Below are positions 1 through 11,839 of a stretch of DNA of 64,000 bases, in pieces. Source of the stretch: Octopus sinensis (lineage: Eukaryota); assembly GCF_006345805.1 (NCBI RefSeq), contig NC_042998.1, forward strand, positions 153,946,001 through 154,010,000, written 5' to 3'. Position numbers and translations under genes: made by a program. Under the pieces are notes generated by a model that ran no database searches, had not been told where the DNA came from, and saw only the letters and a list, made by a program, of their open reading frames with translations. Positions within the stretch are counted from its first letter, which is position 1. Every line of letters starts with the position of its first letter.

Positions 1-398
1 CAGAGGAAGAGCATGCCTTCGTGCAGGTCAGGGGGGAAGTCTGGGTAAAACCCCCAAACGCACAGTGTACATCACAATGGGGAAAGGGGACAATAACCTC
101 TGTAAATTCAAAAGATAACATCTCGGTCGATGGTATGCCACGCCACGTTTTGGATATACGGAGGATTGTCCATGCCCCAGAGGATGGGACCAGCAGCAGT
201 GGGCAAGACGAAAACAACACCAGTAGACAGGATGACGAGGCCAGTAGCAACACACCAGGAACAAGTCCTAGGGTCGCACTGCGACCACAGAGGGAAAGGC
301 ACCCTCCTCCCTGGTTGGCTGATTATGAAACCAGTTCAGGTGCGGGAGCGGGGTGCGAGTGAGAAAGCCGGTTCAGTGATCTGTAGATCAGGGGGGGG
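1..398 (+). mobile_element. Ty3/Gypsy LTR retrotransposon 3' internal region (integrase C-terminus and PPT), runs off the window start
   Basis: ORF 21-362 (EVWVKPPNAQCTSQWGKGTITSVNS...RHVLDIRRIV) is homologous to the integrase tail of the element at 7607-11839. PPT tagatcagggggggg at 384-398 abuts TG. Confidence 0.9.
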
Positions 399-707
399 TG
401 TTGGTGAGAGGATGACAGATAGGGGAGGGCGGAAGTGGGGCTTGCAGGGCGCATGCGTGGCAGGAAGTGGTGAGAGGATGACAGATAGGGGAGGGCAGAA
501 GTAGGGCTTGCAGGGTGCATGCGCAGCAGGAAGTGGAAGCGGCAGTGAGGACGCATGTGTGGGATCGACCAGTGGCTGTTGAGACGACGAAGGCACCAGA
601 CGTATCGAGCTAGCTGAGAAAGATCCGAACTAATCTTCACCAAGGTAAGGCCTGATTGTATTCCATTCTCCCTTTTTCTGTTGTCCTCTTTCATCGTTCA
701 CACCACA
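399..707 (+). mobile_element. 3' LTR of the first Gypsy element, with an internal 66-bp tandem duplication
   Basis: Starts TG right after the PPT and ends CACCACA. Similar to the LTRs at 7607 and 11566. Duplicated unit at 403-468 and 469-534. Confidence 0.8.
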
Positions 708-1044
708 AATGAAAAGAGAAAATCAATACCTGCTGTAGATGAAAGCATGTGTCTGTGTGGCCTCTGTGCAAGGACAGCCCAAACAAACAAACAAATGTTG
801 TAGCAAATGACTGGTCGAGGAGAAGTGGTTTGAAACTGGGGTGCCATTGCCAAGTCTGATGTCCTGGGGATGTTTGACGAACCAGTCGGCTAAGCGCTGT
901 CCCATCTGACTAATGTACAAAGATAGACAGAGAGAGCAGGAGATACAGTAGATAACATTGTTGGAGTTGCAGGTGAATGAACATATTACACACACATACA
1001 TGCACACACACATGCACACATACACACACACATTTATATAGATA

Positions 1045-1439
1045 CTAGCAGTATCGCCCGGCGTTGCTCGGGTTGTAAGGGAAATAACTATATAAGCATT
1101 TTTAGAGAGTTATAGCCAAAAAATAGCAAAAAAAATGCATTAAAAATTGAAAAAAAATTAAGGTAAATTTTTTTTAAATCGTTGACACATCGTAGATATT
1201 TTTAGAGAGTTACTTCCCTTATATAAAAGTGAAAAAAATGCATTAAAATGGAAAAATATGATGGTAAATTTTTTTTAAATCGTAGACTCATCGTAGACGC
1301 GCGCTAATACCCAGAAGGGCTCGATATGAATCACGACTATAAGATACCCGCTTTTGGTTAAACTGCACCGCAAAATGTGGGAGTAATTACGAATGTAAAT
1401 CGAAGGGGACAGACACACAACTTCACTCTTATATAAAGA
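1045..1439 (-). mobile_element. Non-autonomous Helitron
   Basis: On the minus strand it starts A|TC (1439), has a CCCG-AGCAACGC-CGGG hairpin, then ends CTAG|T (1045). No TSD. Contains an internal ~100-bp duplication. Confidence 0.75.
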
Positions 1440-2569
1440 TGCTTTTTTTTTTCAGTCATAGAGTTAGATTTATGAAGGTCTTCAGTAGAAAATCCTTCGA
1501 ATTCTGACTCGCTGCTTGATATAATGAAATTTGTATCCATTTTTTGTCAGAATTACAAATTTTGAAAACACAATAGGAACAAATTTCGGAAAAAAATCTC
1601 CCATAATTCACGGAATTAAAATTACACTTCGATTTTTGTACAAAACTGTATTTGAAATGTTTACGAAGTATAATACGTGTTTTCACGAATGTACTAAAGA
1701 GATTTACTCTGATATTCTCATTTAAATATGAATAGGTAAATTCGGGCGGTTTGGTAACGAAGTGTCGTCTGTTTATACATAAACACTGTTTCATAGTTTC
1801 AGTTTAGTCTTCCTCAAATCACTGTCGCTAATTTACTCTCTTCCAAGAACATTTTCACTCACTGTTATCTGTTAGCTTCCCATACATTTTACTCATGTAT
1901 CTATCAGCGTGATAGACAGAAACAAATATTACATTTACTTTCATTTTATTCGTTGCCCACTGTGTGTGTGCATTTGCGTGTGGTGTAAACCAGACTAAGA
2001 AAAGCATTTGACACACACACCAGAATGTGAGTTTTCTGTAAATTTTGCTTAATTGGAGTTTAAATTTTAAAAACTGGAGCTGGCATGACGCGATGCATTG
2101 TACTCTTAAAACTGCTAGGTAAATTGTAATTGAAGAAATCCTATATTGTAGATTTGTATAACTCCCAAAGGGAGGCAGATAAAATCTGCCTTTTATAATA
2201 AGAGATACACGAGTGAGGGAACAAATGAAAGAAAGAGGCATTTAACACATCTAGAGTTACATATATTATTATTTAAAGCCGTTTCATTTGGCCCCATGTA
2301 ACTCCAAGTTTCATTGGCTTCATACAGAAACTTAGTTCATTGGCTTCAGATGACTGAGTGGAGAGATGCAGTAAGTCGAAGATGGCTACTGGAAACTGGG
2401 CTGCTATAGATCAAGGTGGGTCACATGGTATTGTTGGAAGTGAGATCAGCATCCCAGCAATACCAAATGTACTTGAAAAGAGAATTCTTTTAACCATGTG
2501 GCTGGAAAGAAAGCTGGTGGTGTCTTTTTGTCTGACCAGTCTTTGAAGGAACTTGCAGGACTTCAGGTG

Positions 2570-2605
<36 letters not shown>

Positions 2606-3290
2606 CATACCAGCTGTAAAAGTGTGTAGATGTGGAAGTCTGATCCCTATGCATGTGAATCTGCTATGTGTGTGGAGAATGCACATGTTTGTAAGCTGTT
2701 GTGTGGCTGAGAGCTGATGGCATTAACTTGGTGCGTATATGCATGTTTGTTGAGGTGTGTGTACATATGGGCATGGGTGCGTATCAGCCATGCGTGAGTG
2801 CTCACCTGTGTAAATATGTTGGGGTATGTGTCAGCAATGTCTATCAGCCGCATGTGTGTGTGTATGTGCACATGTGAATACATGTGCATTAGTGCCTGCT
2901 GTATATGCGTATACATGCATATGTGTTTAAGATGTGTGGTATTGGTGTGTGTGCATATGGGTGATTGGTGAACATATGTACCTTCCTGAATTTATGTGTA
3001 TACATATGAATGTGTGCATGTCTGTTTGGAAGAACATATATGCTTACGTGTGCTTTTACCTTGTGTGTGTATACATATATGTCCATGCTTTTGATATTCG
3101 TGCATGCATAAGCATGGCTGCTGTATGCTGGTGTGGTTGTAACAGGATTACTGAGGGATGGGGACATTTGGTGTTTGATTGAAGTTTCATATTGTTAGAG
3201 GGAGAAAGAAACAGAGGAAAAGCATACATGCAAATGTATGCATGTACTTGTGTGTGTATGCACACACATGTATATGGAGACAAAAGTAGG
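2570..3290. repeat. (TG)n followed by a degenerate TG/TATG low-complexity tract
   Basis: Visible simple repeat. Confidence 0.8.
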
Positions 3291-3479
3291 AGGTTAAAGG
3301 AGATGCATAAGGCTGGAAGATTAAGCTATGGTCTGCCCAGGCATTGGTGGTTTGGAATCCTGCCCTTGGTTATAGAGCAGCCAGTATTGAGGTGCAGCCA
3401 ATATCAAGATGGTATACTAGGGTTGTTGGTAGCCAGTGGCTTGAAGTTCACCAGGAGGGCAGGAAGGTACATATGTTCA

Positions 3480-6215
3480 CCAATCATTCCAGTCTACATG
3501 CCTTCTGCATTTAGAGCCCATGTCTCACTACCATGAAGTATATCCATTTTCACACAAGCATCATACAGTCTATCTTTCACTCTGAGAGAGAGTCCTTTTG
3601 TTTCCAACAGAAGTAATAGCTCTCTGAACTTCCTCCATCATATTGTTATTCTAGAAACAATGCTTTCAGAGCATCCTCCACTATTGCTAATTTGGTCACG
3701 TAAGTAACAGGAATTATCTACAACCGTCAAGAGAGACTCCTGGGCATTTGAGAAAATCTAAGTCCCGTGTCTTCTTAGTGCTTATTGTTCCTGCACATCT
3801 GCCACATATGAAGATGACTTTATCTGTTAAACTACTTGTGATTCCACTGCACCTATTATGTGTCCATAGCTTATACTAGGAACAGTGAATGGTATTACTT
3901 CTAATTCTATTCCTACATATTGAGCAGGGCCATACCTGACAGAAAGAGAATCTTATCTACTTTTGTACTAACAACAACTTTGGTCTTTGCTAGGTTAGCT
4001 TTAAGGCCTTGTGATTCCAGGTTTTGCTTCCATACCTGGTATTTCTTTTCCAATTCTGTTAGATTTTGTAATAAGAATGAGCCAATCAACATAAAGTAGT
4101 TTCCATGAGCTTCCAGTTTTACATTTTTCTGTTATGGAGAACTATAATGAATAAGAGTTGGCTGAGAACTGATCCTTGGTGAACCCTTTCTTGTACACTG
4201 AATTCATCACTGTTTTCATGGCCGACTCTCACCTTACCGACAGCATTACTGTACATGGTTTATATGGCTCTAACACACCACTCCTCTACTCTTAACTTCC
4301 CGAGAGACCACCAGATAACAGAGCAGAGGACACTGTCAAAAGCTTTCTCCAGGTTGATGAAAGCTAAGTACAATGGCTTACTTTTGGTTAAATACTTCTC
4401 CTGCAGCTGCCTCACTAGGAAGATGGCATCTGTGGTACTATTCCCTGGTACAAAACTAAACTGCATCTCATCTAGATTCATTCTATTCCTAATCAATTGA
4501 GCTATAACCCTCTCAGTAACTTTCATGACCTAGTGTAGTAGTTTGATACTTCTGAAGTTGTTTCTATCTAAAGCATAACTTTTACATTTGTGATAGCTAA
4601 CTATAATACTACAACACAACTCATTGGAGATGGTGCCTTCCTGAATAACCTGATTAACTATACAGGTGACGAGGCTGTATCTTATACTGCTGGATATTTT
4701 AATCATCTCAGCAGTCATTCCAGATGGTCTGGGAGCTTTTCCTGTCTTCATATCCTTGATTGCTTCATCTATTATGCTGTTATCAGCTCTGATGGCTGGT
4801 CTCTCAATTGGTTCGATGTTTGAAAGACTTTTCTTCTCCCATTCATTTTCCACATTTAGTAACCTTTCATAGTGTCACTTCTATGCATCCTTCTTCTCTG
4901 AGTCACCGAGTGCATGCATTCTATTATCTATTTGCATACATTTCTCACCCACCACATCTCTATTCCCTCTGATACATTGCTTTACAATCCTGGACATCTC
5001 ACGCCTCTGATCCTCACACTGTAGAACATTTGCAAATCTCTTAGCTTTTGCTATTCCTTTTGCTATGTAAACCTGATACTTAGCTGCTCTGCTTCTATCA
5101 TTTTCCCAGTCTTTCCAGGCTCCCTGATATAATGCTCTGCTTCTACCATTTTTCCAGCCTTTGCTTTTATAGGGCTGTCCAACTCCTTGTTCTTCTACAA
5201 TATCACTCTTCAGCTAGCTGGAACTTTGCACCAACTACAGATTTGATCTGTAGCCTTAGTCAACTGTCACACAAGAACTTCCAATTGTCCTCTAAGCTAT
5301 ATGTCCCCAACTCTTCTGCTCTTTTGTTAGAAGCTTCCATTAGGAAATCTCTGAATTTCTGTTTGCTGGATCTTTGAACTTCCATAGTCTTCTTTCTCAG
5401 GTTGGTTTATTTCTTCAAGTCTTTCTAGTTCTAATTCTGAAGTCACTAACTAGTAGCCTATGTTGGGTTGTACACTCTTCACTTGGGAAAGACTTTGTAT
5501 TTGCAAGCATATGTCTATCTTGTTGCCTAGTGAGGAGGTAGTCAATCTGGCTTATGTGCAACCCCCAGACTGATAAGTGATTAGATGGCTGGCTGGTTTC
5601 CTGAAGTTGGTGTTGCAGATCATGAGATCATTTGCATCACAGAACTCCAGTAATCCTGTTCTCTCTTCATTCCTAGGGCCAAAGCCATTGCCACCATACA
5701 CTCCATGGGAATGCTGTCCAATATGCCCATTGAAGTCATCAGCCATAATTACAAAGTCTCTGTCATTTGTTGTTGAAGTAGTCAGCAAAAGGAACTCATA
5801 CAATTGGTCCTTCTGCTCATCAGCCAGCCCAGACGGAGGAGCATAGGCAGAGATAAATGTAATTGTTAATTTATCTATGATCTATGATAAGTTTCAGCTT
5901 AATTACCCTATCACATACTCTAACTACCTCAGTTACCTTATCTATCCACTTTTCTGCTAGCAGTATGCCTACATTACCCACTCCATTACACCTGCCTACT
6001 CAGAAGAATTTGAATATCTCTGTCTTACCCATGAAGAATCTAGCAGAGGTCTCTCCCTCCATCTTACTTCTTACACACCTCAACTTGGCATTGCACAAGC
6101 ATTTCAATAATCTCCCCACTCCTTCCTTTCATTGTGCCAATGTTAATGGTAGAAGCCCTGAAATTGTGTATCTGGGAGTGACAGTAGGAAGGCAGTTGTG
6201 GAACTTTTGTCATTG
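3480..6215 (-). mobile_element. Degenerate RTE-clade LINE (APE endonuclease + RT)
   Basis: Fragments include ADDFNGHIG and NTNFRK (endonuclease), KTGKAPRPSGMTAEM, NNFRSIKLL, QFSFVPGNSTTDAIF and FINLEKAFD (RT). Same family as 33330-37305. Ends approximate. Confidence 0.9.
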
Positions 6216-7109
6216 ACTGAAAAGAAGATCTGTACAAATGCTTACCAGCTAGTATAGAGCTTTGTTACATTGTTTATTCAGTGAATCACAATGAACTACA
6301 ATTTCCTCCATCCCATACAACATTCAGAGTAAGAGCCAACAAGTGATGAAGATAGCATGAGAATAGGGCATGCAGGTTGACCAGCAAGAGGATAGGGCGG
6401 TTACACAGGACAATTCAAGTATTATATGTCTAAATATTTCTATATGCAGTACCTTTAACTGTATACAGCACTCTTCCGGACGCCCGCATGGAGGTATACG
6501 AGACAAAAAGTTAAGTAAGCAAAATATGTATCTCTGCCACACAGCACAAGAGTACATGAGTTGCCAGGTGAAACAGATATGTAGGAATAAATTAAAATTG
6601 CGGTGGTGGTAGGGTAAGGGAGAGCATAATGGGTGAGCAAAAATGGACTCTATGCACAGACCCTACATAAACAAATCTTAGTCCCCACACAGCTAAACAG
6701 GCTTACAAGAAGTTGTAATATTTAACTATTATTATAGTAATTATGAATATCATCATTAATTATGAATATCATATTAATACACATGCACATTTTAATTGGC
6801 AAATTTATCATATAAACTTTATGCAATAAGAAGGGAAGTTGGCTGAAACAATATACATGTGGCCTTGGCAATCAAGATATTGAATGAGAAGGAAGAAATT
6901 AGAAACATTGACAAAGTCACATTTGAATAAAAATAAAAACTTAGCTGTTGATTCAAGAGCTGTTGTTTTGTGAACGGCAAACAAACAAAAGGAATATTAG
7001 GGGAATAGATTTTACATAATTTGTTGTACAATAGCAATAACATAATTCAATACATCCTTAAATAAATCTATGTGTGGTTTACTGTATGTATGTGGTACTT
7101 AAGATTACT

Positions 7110-7550
7110 GTCCATACCTTAAACCTTTAACATTCAGTTTACTCTGTCAAATGTAATATTTATTCACATTATTGTGAATCAACCCTTTAGCTTTCAAATT
7201 ATTCTTTCAAATGTAATGCTTTTTTATTTCTTTGTTTTTAATTAATTATGCATTATTTCATAGCTTTGAAATTTTGGTGATGTGATTGTATATTTTTAGA
7301 ATGGCATTGAAGGGTAGGTTTGATAGGCTGATCAGAATATAAAATAAGTAGCATTTTTGGGCCAGATATGGCCAGTTTAACTGCTGAAGGGTCAATCATG
7401 GCTTATCTCATAAATTCAAGATTTTGATGATGTGATTGTTTATTTTTAGAAAGACATTGTAGGATAAGTGTAAGAAGTCAGATCTGGCTGGTTTGAACAG
7501 GTAGAATATTTTGGCTGAATATAAGCAGTTTAAATACTAGAAGGCTAAGG
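7110..7550. mobile_element. Possible degenerate TIR element (MITE-like) remnants
   Basis: Left ends ttaaacctttaacattc and aaccctttagctttc are loosely complementary to gtttaactgctgaagggtcaa and gtttaaatactagaaggctaa. Confidence 0.3.
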
Positions 7551-7606
7551 TTTCATGTAACAAGCCTTAACTTATCAAGAATTTGGTAAAAAATAACTGA
7601 TAACAA

Positions 7607-7880
7607 TGTGGTTGATGAAAGGAGCACAACAGAACAAGGAAAGAGGAAACAGAAGTGCAATAATGTCTTACCTGACAGGGGATGAGGTCGGATGGCCTTC
7701 AGCCAACATGCTCGCGTCTTCTCGTCTCGGTGCCTTGCTGGGGTCTGTCGCAACCGGTCGATGCCGCACGTGCGTTGAGTCTCTCACTTCCGCTTCCGCC
7801 CACGCATGCGCCCTGCAAGACCTGTAAGCATCACTTCCGCTCCCGCCCGTCCTGTCACACTCCTTCATCATCACACCACA
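7607..7880 (-). repeat. 3' LTR
   Basis: Direct repeat of 11566-11839 with 6 substitutions counted by eye. PPT tagatcaggggggcg at 7881-7895. Confidence 0.97.
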
Positions 7881-7950
7881 CGCCCCCCTGATCTATAGAT
7901 CACTGAACCGGCTTCCTCACTCGCTCCCGCACCCGAAACTGGTTTCATAA

Positions 7951-10812
7951 TCAGCCAACCAGGGAGGAGGTGCCGCTCCCTCTGTGGTCGCAGCGCGACC
8001 CGGACTTGTTTCTGGTGTGTTGCTGTCGCCTCGTCATCCTGTCGGTTGTTTTCGTCTTGCCACTGTTGCTTGTCCCATCCTCTGGGGCATGGACAATCCT
8101 CCGTATGTCCAAAACGTGGCGTGGCATACCATCGATGGAGATGTTATTCTTCGAATTTACGGAGGTGATTGTCCCCTTTCCCCATTGCGATGTACACCGT
8201 GCGTTTGGGGGTTTTACCCAGACTTCCTCCCCCCGACCCGCACGAAGGCGTGCTCTTCCTCTGCCCCGGGTTGCATTGATGTAGTACACGGATGCCTCCA
8301 CTCGTACCTGAATATGCTCTGTGTGCACCGATTCCTCAGCCTGTCCGGATGGGAGACAAGTTGTACCAAAAAACTGCTTCAAGCGGCGAAATGTGCCCTC
8401 TTTCCGCTATGGCCTGACTGTCCGAAGGTTGCCTCTCCACGATCCCGTTACCGCCCGGCCTATACGCTGCTCTGAACAAGCGTCGCGTTCCACCGATCAA
8501 GCATAACCCTCAATGCTTCCGAACGAAATGCCGCCCCGTTGTCCATCAGTAGTTCTTCCACGGGACCTCTCTCTAAAAATATCCCGTTCAGGATCTGCAC
8601 GATCTCGTCAGCAATGCCGATCTCAACTCCCTCCAAATGGCCAGCCGGCCCGGCCCACAGTCGACCATGGAGAGGTACATTCGCTGACGGTAGGTGTCAC
8701 ATCCACAGCTAGCCTTTTCCAGTTTGCTCCACGGAAAGGTTCCCTGTTCATGCCCACACGGAGCAGGGTCGATGGACTGACACCTGTCGCAGCTCCGACC
8801 ACCTTCCGGACGCTTCTCCTGGTCACGTCAGCATCAATCTTTTTTGCCAGATACAGGGACCTGTCCACACCCAGGTGATGCATAGCGTGCAGTTTCTTCA
8901 GCTCAGAGTCATCCAACCGACACGCCGCAGCTATCCCTCTCCGCGCCTCCTCCGGTTCTTCCAACCACGCCCTTTTCACCCTGGTCAGTGCGTCCGCCTT
9001 GTTTTTGTCCGAAGGCACGAAGACCACGTTCAGCTTCAGTCCGAATTCGGCGATCAATTCACCTAGAACTCCTAGACGGCGCTTCACTAACATCTCCGCA
9101 GCACCTTTCGTCCGCACTCTCCTGTCACCGGTGATCACTGATCCTACCCAGCCAAGCACAGTGGCCGAATCCGTCCGCATTTCAATCGTGCGCAGCCCCC
9201 ATTTCAAGGCCAAGTTCACCCCTTTCAGCAGCGCATCTAGTTCGGCGACATTGATGTGGTTGAAATCATCTGCTTTCCGAAGCCAGGGCGCGTCCTCCAC
9301 CGCAGTGCCTTCGATTGCCAACACCACGCCTATCACTATACTGCTAGCATCACACCAGACAGTCCCGCATTTTGTCCTGGGCACGTACCAGTTCCCCCTG
9401 ACCGGGTCTTCCGCTCTTGTCCTCTCTAGGATCTCCTGCATCATCGCCACCGTCCCTTCTCCCACCTTGTCGCCCCACCTCTCTCCTGCTCGTCTCTTGG
9501 TGTAGCTACACGCCGTGCGCAGCCATCCAGCGATCAGGTAGTGACCGACCACTTCCCACACACCGAGAACAGCTCTCCTGCTGACGCTGGAACTCAGCTC
9601 TGGGATTTCATTCCTCCGGAACACCAATTTACCTGATCTATCTCTTCGCAGCTTCAGCCCCAGCGCGGCTCCCCCTTCAATCGACTTCCAGTGGCTTAGC
9701 AATCAGTCCGAACTTCTCCAGATGTCTCACTACTCGTCGGCTGGCACTACAGTTTCGTCCACCAAAATGTGTCGTCAATGTAGGAGCTGGTGGCCTTTCT
9801 AATCTTGCCGTCTTTCCCTAGGACGGACCTAAGCACTGCCGCCATGATCTTCGGAGCAGAATTCAGCCTGAAACCCAGCCTGGTTAGACAGTACGTCCGG
9901 CCCTTGTACCGCACCAGCTGATATCGCCATAGTTTGTCGCTCACATGGAGCTGCAAGTATGCGATCTCAAGTCGACAATCGTCGCTGCCTCAGTCGACTG
10001 TCTCCACTTGCGTAATGCCTCACCACAAAAGTCTGTCGCTCACCTCCCGTGTGACACGATATGTGCTGGTTTAGCTCCCTGAAGTCCAGCACTGGTCTGA
10101 CTTTTCCCTTCGTAGGCTGCACCACCGCCATCAGGAGTAGCACTCCGCCCGCTACCTCCTCCTTCCAAGGGACAAGGACCCCTTCCTCGATCCACCTCTC
10201 CACCTCGTCTTCAAACTCAACCCTGGCGTGGCCTTTCAGGGTATGCTGGTAACAGCTCACCCTGTTCTCCAGTGTCGGGGGCTCGTCCTTCCATTTCCAC
10301 TCTATCGTCCACCGTTGACCATCGAACACCGCCTGAAAGTCCTTGTCCTCGATGGTGTAAGCGGCGCAGTCCCTCGCGGGGCTCTGCTCCCTCTGGTGAT
10401 CCTGACTCGCAGTGCACGACGCCCCCACGCTTCCGAACGTGACCTTATTTCCCACAACGCTGACGCCACCGAGGCAGTTGATGGCGTCCATCCCCATCAC
10501 CACATCAACTCCATTATCACGCGTTCGGCCACAATTGCCTGTAGCCTTAGCGTTGCGCGCGACCACTATCTCTACTCGCTGCTGCCTCTGCAACGGATTT
10601 TTTGTGCCGTCGACCGCCCGGACACTACACATCCCGTTCCATTCCTTCGTCACCCTCGAAGTCACCAGGGTGGTCGTACAGCCCGTATCCACAAGGGCCT
10701 TGAACGTCTCCCCCTCGGCCTCCACGTCAATCACTGGCAGTGTCTCCAATAGCGCCTCTACTCGTTTGAGGGGAAAGTTCGAGAGGCAGCAACTTCCGCG
10801 CGGTTGTTTCCC
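7951..10812 (-). pseudogene. pol: Gypsy pol (aspartic protease, RT, RNase H, integrase) with several frameshifts
   Basis: ALVDTG (protease); VRPVLDFRELN, LTRLGFRLNSAP and YIDD (RT); WCDAS, INVAELDA and RTDS (RNase H); LHAMHHLG zinc finger and integrase C-terminal domain. Confidence 0.93.
10754..10812 (-). promoter_or_regulatory. -1 programmed ribosomal frameshift signal (G GGA AAC plus predicted H-type pseudoknot)
   Basis: Slippery heptamer at 10812-10806 is in the correct gag phase; pol is in the -1 frame; 8-nt spacer; stems GGAAGUU/AACUUUC and GCCUCU/AGAGGC. Confidence 0.8.
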
Positions 10813-11520
10813 TGGCCGCAATCACGGGCAATGTGCCCTGTCTGCCTGCATCGATAGCAAACGGGCCCCGGCTGCGTACAGTCCCGCGCCATGTGCGGTC
10901 CCTGGCATTTAAAACATCGTCCTGAGAACGGCCGCTCTCGTTGCACGGTGGGCTTCCGTACCTCTTTCTCGGGACGTCGTCCGTCTTTACGCGCCTCCGT
11001 CACCGCCATCGCTATCCCCTTCCGCCCCGAGTATCTCGTCAACCCGCGAGCATGAGTTACAAGTTCGCTCATTGGCATCTTTTTGACCTCGGGCAGTTGT
11101 TGTAGGTGAATCCCTACATCATCGGGGAACCCATTTACGAATGCCAGTCGTGCTGCTCTCTCCAGTCCTTCTCCGACAAACCCGGCCAGAGTCGCTAGCC
11201 TTCTAGCTTCTGATGCAAAATCATCCACCTGGCCTCCCGTCCACCTGATTGCACCCAGCTTAGCGAAAGCTGTGTACTCGCATTCCGTGTATGCGTCACA
11301 CAAGCGTCGCTCTATATTCCCATCGCAGAGCCGTTCTTTTTCATCCATCTTAGGTAAAGCAACAACACGCACCCTCCAAATACAGGGCCATAAGACTCGC
11401 CACGTCGCTTATGCCCTGCAGTCTCGCCACCAGCCTGATTTTCTGAATCCAGGCCACTACATCGCCTTCGCCGTTAAAAGGTCTGACGACGTCACTGGCG
11501 ATCCTAATTTTTGCAGACAT
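10758..11520 (-). pseudogene. gag: Gypsy gag with two CCHC zinc knuckles, one frameshift near 11375
   Basis: MSAKIRIASDVVRPFNGEGDVVAWIQK start; knuckles CFKCQGPHMARDC and CYRCRQTGHIARDC; TAG at 10760-10758. Confidence 0.9.
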
Positions 11521-11553
11521 CGTGTTGAAAAAAAATGTGAACACTGACGAATT

Positions 11554-11565
11554 GCCGAAATAGCT
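11554..11565 (-). promoter_or_regulatory. Non-canonical primer-binding site complementary to tRNA-Phe nt 1-12
   Basis: Minus-strand AGCTATTTCGGC abuts the LTR end. Its reverse complement GCCGAAATAGCT is the 5' end of animal tRNA-Phe(GAA) as I recall it. Confidence 0.75.
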
Positions 11566-11839
11566 TGTGGTTGATGAAAGGAGCACAACAGAACAAGGAA
11601 AGAGGAAACAGAAGTGCAATAAGGTCTTACCTGACAGGGGATGAAGTCGGATGGCCTTCAGCCAACTTGCTCGCGTCTTCTCGTCTCGGTGCCTTGCTGG
11701 GGTCTGTCGCAACCGGTCGATGCCGCACGTGCGTTGAGTCTCTCACTTCCGCTTCCGTCCGCGCATGCGCCCTGCAAGACCTGTAAGCATCACTTCCGCT
11801 CCCGCCCGTCCCGTCACACTCCTTCATCATCACACCACA
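11566..11839 (-). repeat. 5' LTR
   Basis: Direct repeat of 7607-7880; followed on the minus strand by the PBS and the gag ATG at 11520. Confidence 0.97.

Larger units (their letters stand above)
7607..11839 (-). mobile_element. Full-length compact Ty3/Gypsy LTR retrotransposon (4233 bp), coding region inactivated
   Basis: Two 274-bp TGTGG..CCACA LTRs, 5-bp TSD AACAA at 7602-7606 and 11840-11844, and gag-PR-RT-RNaseH-IN domain order. Confidence 0.97.

Noticed and set aside
11542-11570. CTGACGA..GAAA hammerhead-like words overlapping the Gypsy PBS on the plus strand
   Set aside because: No stem II can form between them, stem I does not pair, and it is antisense to the element.
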